A stretch of 64,000 nucleotides of DNA, taken from NCBI GenBank assembly GCA_013265495.1, contig MU063738.1, positions 248,001 to 312,000 on the forward strand. Direction: 5' to 3'. Shown piece after piece: positions 60,401 to 64,000 of this stretch. The notes beneath the pieces are model-generated. The model worked only from the letters and a program-made list of their open reading frames with translations. It was not told the DNA's origin and ran no database searches. Numbering within the stretch: the first letter of the stretch is position 1; each line of letters starts with the position of its first letter. The position numbers were made by a program, and so were the translations under genes. The stretch is from Vicugna vicugna (lineage: Eukaryota).

Positions 60401-60602
60401 AGGGCAGCGCCAAGCGGCTCACCTCTGCATCCAGACCCCGGCCCCAGGGCTGCGGGCCCTCCGCGGCCTCCTGCTTCTGGGCGCTGCTCTCAAGGCCCCC
60501 GGGGACCATGGGCTTCGGGCCAGGCGGCTCGGGAGCCTGACGCTCTGCCCGCGACTGGCTGAACGTCCTCTCTGCCTCCTGGAGATCAGTGAGGGTCACA
60601 CC
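15402..60602 (-). CDS. PPP1R12B: Protein phosphatase 1 regulatory subunit 12B (MYPT2), 5'-partial: complement join(60423..60602,59010..59199,58816..58928,57801..57842,30002..30018,26927..27071,26015..26119,23964..24017,22881..22931,15402..15488), 984 nt = 327 aa + stop
   Basis: Translations match the MYPT2 C-terminal half ([14 protein letters not shown]; [10 protein letters not shown]; [20 protein letters not shown]; leucine zipper [24 protein letters not shown]). Phases are consistent across all junctions. SYT2/PPP1R12B tail-to-tail synteny is known in mammals. Ankyrin exons lie beyond 64000. Confidence 0.95.
17900..18040 (+). mobile_element. MIR core
   Basis: gtgacctcgggcaagttacttaatct...ctcagttt. 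Confidence 0.65.
19132..19266 (-). CDS. PPP1R12B: PPP1R12B alternative C-terminal exon (B-type) [44 protein letters not shown]
   Basis: ctcactttccacag|AAC...TAG; phase 0; 44 aa; heptad-like; matches the recalled alternative MYPT2/HS-M21 B tail. Confidence 0.88.
   Translation of the reverse strand, partial: NLHQLKQIQTLKQMNEQLQAENRALTRVVARLSESVECSEPQGL
22881..22931 (-). CDS. PPP1R12B: PPP1R12B exon [17 protein letters not shown]
   Basis: ccaacag|GAG ... AAG|gtaggg; 51 nt. Confidence 0.95.
23964..24017 (-). CDS. PPP1R12B: PPP1R12B exon [18 protein letters not shown]
   Basis: ttgcaccag|CAA ... CGG|gtatgc; 54 nt. Confidence 0.93.
26015..26119 (-). CDS. PPP1R12B: PPP1R12B coiled-coil exon [35 protein letters not shown]
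   Basis: cccccag|CTC ... CAG|gtgagg; 105 nt. Confidence 0.95.
26927..27071 (-). CDS. PPP1R12B: PPP1R12B exon (R)[48 protein letters not shown]
   Basis: cccacag|G TTG ... AAG|gtcagg; 145 nt. Confidence 0.95.
28000..29110 (-). mobile_element. Ancient L1M (ME/MC-like) 3' fragment
   Basis: AT-rich; ctagctactataaataatgct; ctcccacccaacag; ctgttttaaccactacagttttac...ttttgatgtctgtaggg. Confidence 0.6.
29536..29611. repeat. 20-bp minisatellite x ~3.5
   Basis: cc(a/g)ggaac(g/a)gggagtc(c/a)c.. units at 29541, 29561, 29581 and 29601 (partial). Confidence 0.85.
30002..30018 (-). CDS. PPP1R12B: PPP1R12B 17-nt microexon HERLS(R)
   Basis: Branch-like gctaac and long pyrimidine tract ...cctttctccag|CATGAGAGGCTCTCTAG|gtaaga; supplies the phase 0->2 link needed between the flanking exons. 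Confidence 0.92.
31961..31975 (+). promoter_or_regulatory. CTCF-like motif CACAGCAGGGGGCGC
   Basis: 13/14 match to the same core, same orientation. Confidence 0.35.
37690..38450 (+). mobile_element. L2 fragment including 3' end (approximate limits)
   Basis: ccaaatcctgccagctc; tggcctggcccgtgcctccgcctc; end motif gagactatcagtcgttgcaggcagggactgtgtc. Confidence 0.5.
39014..39208 (-). CDS. PPP1R12B: Putative in-frame cassette exon (65 codons) [21 protein letters not shown]...SSELRRAPL
   Basis: gtttgtgatggtag|GAT ... CTG|gtgagc; 195 nt; phase 0-0; no stop. Confidence 0.5.
40429..40438. promoter_or_regulatory. CArG box CCTTATATGG
   Basis: Exact CC(A/T)6GG of the high-affinity type; motif only. 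Confidence 0.45.
41902..41911. promoter_or_regulatory. CArG box CCTAATAAGG, ~0.7 kb downstream of the sm-M20 exon
   Basis: Exact CC(A/T)6GG; motif only. Confidence 0.4.
42451..42559. repeat. Tandem duplication, 52-bp unit x ~2.1
   Basis: ccaggcgcctcgacccgagccccacagcgcgccca(c/t)ggccctgcccggcccc at 42451 and 42503. Confidence 0.9.
42608..42709 (-). CDS. PPP1R12B: First coding exon of the smooth-muscle small subunit sm-M20: [34 protein letters not shown]
   Basis: gccATG with G at -3; 34 codons; phase-0 donor CGA|gtaagc. Splicing to the 30018 exon gives 186 aa. Closely resembles the recalled human sm-M20 N-terminus ([11 protein letters not shown]...SPSPTAKTLR). Confidence 0.85.
49738..49909 (+). 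mobile_element. MER58A-like hAT non-autonomous element
   Basis: aataaagttttactggaaca...gagctgagtagt...tggccc...gtctgccgagtcctg. Confidence 0.65.
50394..50511 (+). mobile_element. tRNA-derived SINE, camelid Vic-1-like
   Basis: GGGGAGGG head; A-box (acagctcaggggcagag); B-box (gggttcggtccc); (aaat)n tail then cctaattacccccc; imperfect target duplication aagaaaa(ca)gtt at 50380-50391 and 50512-50521. Confidence 0.85.
52178..52187. promoter_or_regulatory. CArG consensus CCTTAAAAGG
   Basis: Exact CC(A/T)6GG; motif only. Confidence 0.3.
52792..52801. promoter_or_regulatory. Perfect CArG box (SRF site) CCATATTAGG with nearby AP-1 (TGAGTCA 52746-52752) and FOX (TGTTTAC 52666-52672) motifs
   Basis: Exact CC(A/T)6GG, same sequence as the c-fos SRE core; motif match only. 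Confidence 0.45.
53650..54420 (+). mobile_element. Highly diverged L2 fragment (approximate limits)
   Basis: C-rich L2-type wording (ccatcagctctccctggacc; ccttccatcgctcacc). Confidence 0.35.
54560..54577 (+). promoter_or_regulatory. Near-perfect CTCF motif GGCCAGCAGGGGGCGCCA
   Basis: Full CCAGCAGGGGGCGC core. Confidence 0.55.
55830..55970 (+). mobile_element. L1M 3'-terminal fragment
   Basis: gtggtcacaccagtgtgtacgactgtcagaactcatcaaacggtgcacataaggtctgtgca...ctcaactgaaaaaaa. Confidence 0.55.
57801..57842 (-). CDS. PPP1R12B: PPP1R12B exon [14 protein letters not shown]
   Basis: Long pyrimidine tract ...cctctccag|GAG ... TGG|gtaagt; 42 nt. Confidence 0.92.
58816..58928 (-). CDS. PPP1R12B: PPP1R12B exon (E)[37 protein letters not shown]
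   Basis: gaccag|AG ... GAT|gtaagt; 113 nt; preceded by an 81-nt intron. Confidence 0.94.
59010..59199 (-). CDS. PPP1R12B: PPP1R12B exon [18 protein letters not shown]...AKERDRN
   Basis: cattccag|CCT ... AAT G|gtaagg; 190 nt. Confidence 0.92.
60055..60170 (+). mobile_element. MIR 3' part
   Basis: tacctcc...gaattaaa...aacagcgcctggcaca. Confidence 0.5.
60230..60330 (+). mobile_element. Short L1M 3'-terminal fragment
   Basis: tgtatactcaaaactaacacaatgttatatg...caacaaaacagggaaaa (eroded polyA tail). Confidence 0.5.
60423..60602 (-). CDS. PPP1R12B: PPP1R12B exon [22 protein letters not shown]...GRGLDAE (60 codons)
   Basis: tttcccag|GGT GTG ... GCA GAG|gtgagc. Confidence 0.93.
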
Positions 60603-61030
60603 CTGGGAAAGTGTCACAAGGTCAGGAGTTTCACTCCGGGAAGAACTCGATGAATGAGCAAGAGTTACTCGAAAAGATCTGACAGCAGCAAATTCCAATA
60701 AAGCCCCCCAAACACACAGGGCCATTCGGTGTTCCCGCCTGGCCCCTGCTGCACCGAAGGCCATGGGACTTCACCTCTCCACGGCAGCGGCGGGCTTCTC
60801 AGCCCTCTGTGTGCGTCCGGGCCCTCCTCACCCCTCCCTGCCTCCCTCCTCAACAGCTTCTCCTGAAGCTCACCCTCCTCCGTTCCCCACCACCATCCAG
60901 CAGCCTGCCCCCCGCCCCCCGACGACACACGGAACACACCCCCTCTGACCACGCCCATCTGTTCTCTGCCTGTGACTTTTACAAAGTGTATCGGATGACT
61001 TCTTACTTCAGAGCCTCCCATGGGGATCCT

Positions 61031-61700
61031 TTCTTTTTCTAGTAGCATTATTGAAATATAACCCACGTATCATAAACCCCACACTTTGAAAGTGTACAAT
61101 GCGCTATATTTTAGTGCCTTCACAGCCCCACCTCACCTCAGGACACTTCATCTCCCCAGAGAGAGACCACACACCCTCGCGCAGCCAGTCCCCACCTCCA
61201 GCCTCGCAAACCCTAATCCACCCGCTGTCTCCGGGCGTTTTCGTACAAATGGAGCAGCCAGGTCTCTGCCACTCAGCGGCTTGTCCTCACTGCAGCGCTG
61301 GCGTGTGTGGGACTCCCCTCTTACTGCAAAACAGTAACTGCCAGTGGACGTGGGACGTTTTGTTTGTCCATTCATTAATCAGTGGAAGTTTGTGGGGTTT
61401 TCTGTTAACTGCTTAATTTATTTGCTCTGCTCCACGGCCTGGCCTGGCCCTCCACCAGCCCCACGATGCCCACCTCGCTGCTCCAGCAAGCCTGCAAACT
61501 CCACACCTAAGTTTGGTCTACACAGCAAGTCAACGCTGGCAAGAGATGACACTCAGTTTGTGAATAATACTGTTATAAACACCTGTGTGCATGTCTTTGT
61601 ACAGACGTGTGCTTCTCTGACTTGAGTAGGGTCACACGGCAACTCTACGTTTAACATTCTGAGTTACTGCCAGACGGGTCTCCTTCAGGAATTCTTAGGG
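61031..61700 (-). mobile_element. L1MB-like 3' end, interrupted around 61430-61550
   Basis: tattgaaatataac...aaagtgtacaat; ttcatctcccca; tttgtttgtccattca; atgtctttgtacagac. Confidence 0.7.
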
Positions 61701-62469
61701 TTGGCCCCTTAAGCACAAGTGGAATGATGAGTCTTAGGGAGGAAAGGCAGTAAGCCTTCTCCGAGCCAGGAGGAGCAGAAGTGAGAGTTCACCTGGCTCT
61801 GTGTGGCGTGCAGCGTCTGCCAGCGCGGCCGAGAGCTGCACTGCAGCGGCCGGACTGGGGCACTCGTTTCATCGTTTTCTGATCAGATCCAGTGGCACAC
61901 AGACAAGTGGCCTTCAAGCAGGGCCACGCTCACCTGAGTAGACCTCCGTGTCTGCCGCGCCTGTCGGGAGCGTGCTTTCCGCAAGGACTCGGCTTCTTCA
62001 TCCCTTACAGGAGTCAGGTACGACCTGCAGGGACAGAGAAGGGGAAGCAGGAGTGGGACTGCTGCACGTGCCTGAGGGCCGAGAGGTGACTCCGCGCTCG
62101 AGGATGAAGCGGGCAGTCAACCTGACCGGGGCTGCAGTGAGGGTCACAGAATCCACGGCGCACTCTGTAACCTGTCACGCAGCATCACATCACTTCCACC
62201 TGTGAAGTGAGAACTTCCTTTCCCCCGTCCCATCCTCGCACTTTTTCTTTCCTTGTCTTACTGCTCTGGCCAGGGCCTCGGACGTGTGGAAAGGGACTGA
62301 GGACGGCAGGCTTCCCGGCTCCGCTCCTGCCCGCAGAGCGCGTGGTCGGCACGTCATCCCCGGGAAGCCCCCCTGCTCGAGGACCCTGCAGACCCTGCTC
62401 CTCAAACTGAAGCAACTCCTTCCCATCCCTAAGAAAGTGGACGAAGGGGCTGCTGTTATTGGTCTGGTT

Positions 62470-63040
62470 TCAAATCGTTAGTGTGTGACCTTTATCACAT
62501 GCTTTCCTTCCACATATACTGAGACGGTCATTCCCTTCTTTTTTCCGTTAATATGATGAATCACACTGAACCACCTGTGAATGATAAAACAACACTGAAT
62601 TCTTGGGATAAGCTCAACCTGGCCATGATGTATCATCTTTCCATACAGGCTTGCTTTTCACAGAGATTCAGTATGATTCACATTATCATTTCTCAATCCG
62701 TGCTCACACGGCAGTCGTCCTGTAAGCCCCCCTTCTCGCGGTAACCCGGCTGGTCTGAGAACCAGTTACACGGGCAGGGAGGCGTTTTCTCCTGGCGCGC
62801 TCTCTGGGAGCAGCCGTGTGAGGTGGGGGTCCTCTCCTCCCTAAGTCATCGGAAGAGCTCACCAGTGAGGCCCGGGGTCAGTGCTCTCCATAGGAAGGTT
62901 TTAAATAAGAGACTCAGTTTCTCTAATAGAATTAGGCCTATTCAGATTTCCTGTTTTGGTAACATTTGTTTTTCAAGGAATTTTATCTATATTTTCACAT
63001 TTAGTGACACAAAATTACTCCTATCCTTATATTTTAATTG
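62470..63040 (-). mobile_element. Degenerate L1 ORF2 fragment
   Basis: Antisense L1-like motifs (cttgggataagctcaacctggccatgatgtat; ctcaccagtgaggcc; ctattcagatttcctgttt; tcaaggaattttatctat). Confidence 0.7.
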
Positions 63041-63051
63041 TCATTTTAATA

Positions 63052-64000
63052 CAAGTATATCTCAGGGCCACCGCAATAAAGTGGATGTTGCAGTAAAGTG
63101 AGGCACATGACATTTCTGGCTTCCTGGTATGCATAAAGGTTATGTTTATACTCTACTGTAGTCTACTAAGTGTGCAATAGCATTATGCCTAAAAGACAAT
63201 GTTCATACTTTCATATACTTTATTGCTAAAAAATGTTAACCATCGCCTGAGCCCTCAACGAGGCATGATCTTTGTGCTGGTGGAGGGTCTCGTCTCGACC
63301 TGGACGCTGCTGACTGATCAGGGAAGCGGCTGCTGAAGGGGTGACGGGGCCGGCTGTGGAAGTTCCTCAAGAAAGCAGTGAAGTTGTCTGCACTGATGAC
63401 TCTTCCTTTCACAAACGATTTCTCTAGCGTCCGTGCTGTCTGACAGCATTTTCCCCGCAGTAGAACCTCTCTCAAAACTGGAGCCCATCCTCCCAAGCCC
63501 TGGGGCTGCTGTCTTTGCAACTAAGTTTGTGGGAGGTTCTAGATCGCTTGTTGTCCTCCCAGCAGTCTTCACAGCATCTTCACCGGGAGCAGATTCCGTC
63601 TCGAGAAGCCACCTTCTCTGCTCACCCACAGGAAGCAGCTCCTCCTCTGTGCCAGTTCAGCCCGAGGTGGCAGCAGTCCAGCCCCGTCTTCAGGCTCCAC
63701 GTCTCACTCCAGTTCTCTTGCTGTCTCCACCGCAGCTGCGGTGACCTCGAACCCTCCAAGCCGTCCATGAGGGTTGGAACCAACTTCCTCCAGACCCTGT
63801 TAAGGCTGACATTCTGACCTCTCCCCACAAACCACAAGTGTTCTTCGTGCATCCGGAATGCTGAGTCCTTCCAGAAGGCTTTCAGCGGCCTTCGCCATCG
63901 AGGATCATCGTCTCTGGCGGCTGCAGCCTGACAACACATATTTCTTAAATAATAAGACCGGAGAGTTGAAATGATGCCCTGAGCACAGACTGGGGGGTGC
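63052..64000 (-). mobile_element. Tigger1 DNA transposon (pogo/Tc1-mariner), 3' portion, runs off the window
   Basis: TA followed by a degenerate TIR (caagtatatctc); Tigger1 end motifs (ccaccgcaataaag, ctgtagtctactaagtgtgcaatagcattatg); minus-strand translation LKAFWK...VWRKLVPTLMDGLEG resembles the transposase C-terminus. Confidence 0.88.

Overview
Mammalian genomic window, very GC/CpG-rich and compact. A Vic-1-like tRNA-derived SINE at ~50.4 kb points to a camelid. It holds two convergent genes. (1) SYT2 (synaptotagmin-2) on +: complete 8-exon CDS at 110-4235, 416 aa, with all splice phases consistent. (2) The 3' part of PPP1R12B (MYPT2) on -: 10 core coding exons between 60602 and 15402, an alternative C-terminal exon (19132-19266), and the first coding exon of the smooth-muscle small subunit sm-M20 (42608-42709) inside a 27.8-kb intron. 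The rest is UTR or intron with fossil L1, L2, MIR, MER58A and Tigger1. Main observations: the botulinum-toxin-binding luminal helix of SYT2 is heavily rewritten while the C2 domains are nearly invariant; the ATG used for the human heart small subunit (HS-M21) is AGG here, with other in-frame ATGs upstream; the large PPP1R12B intron carries four perfect CArG boxes, a near-perfect CTCF site, an open 195-nt cassette-like exon, and a phase-compatible 64-nt exon next to a ~2.8-kb disrupted exon-like block; and AT->GC drift is visible in transposon fossils, codons and amino acids. Orthologue and repeat-consensus comparisons are from memory and need real alignments.
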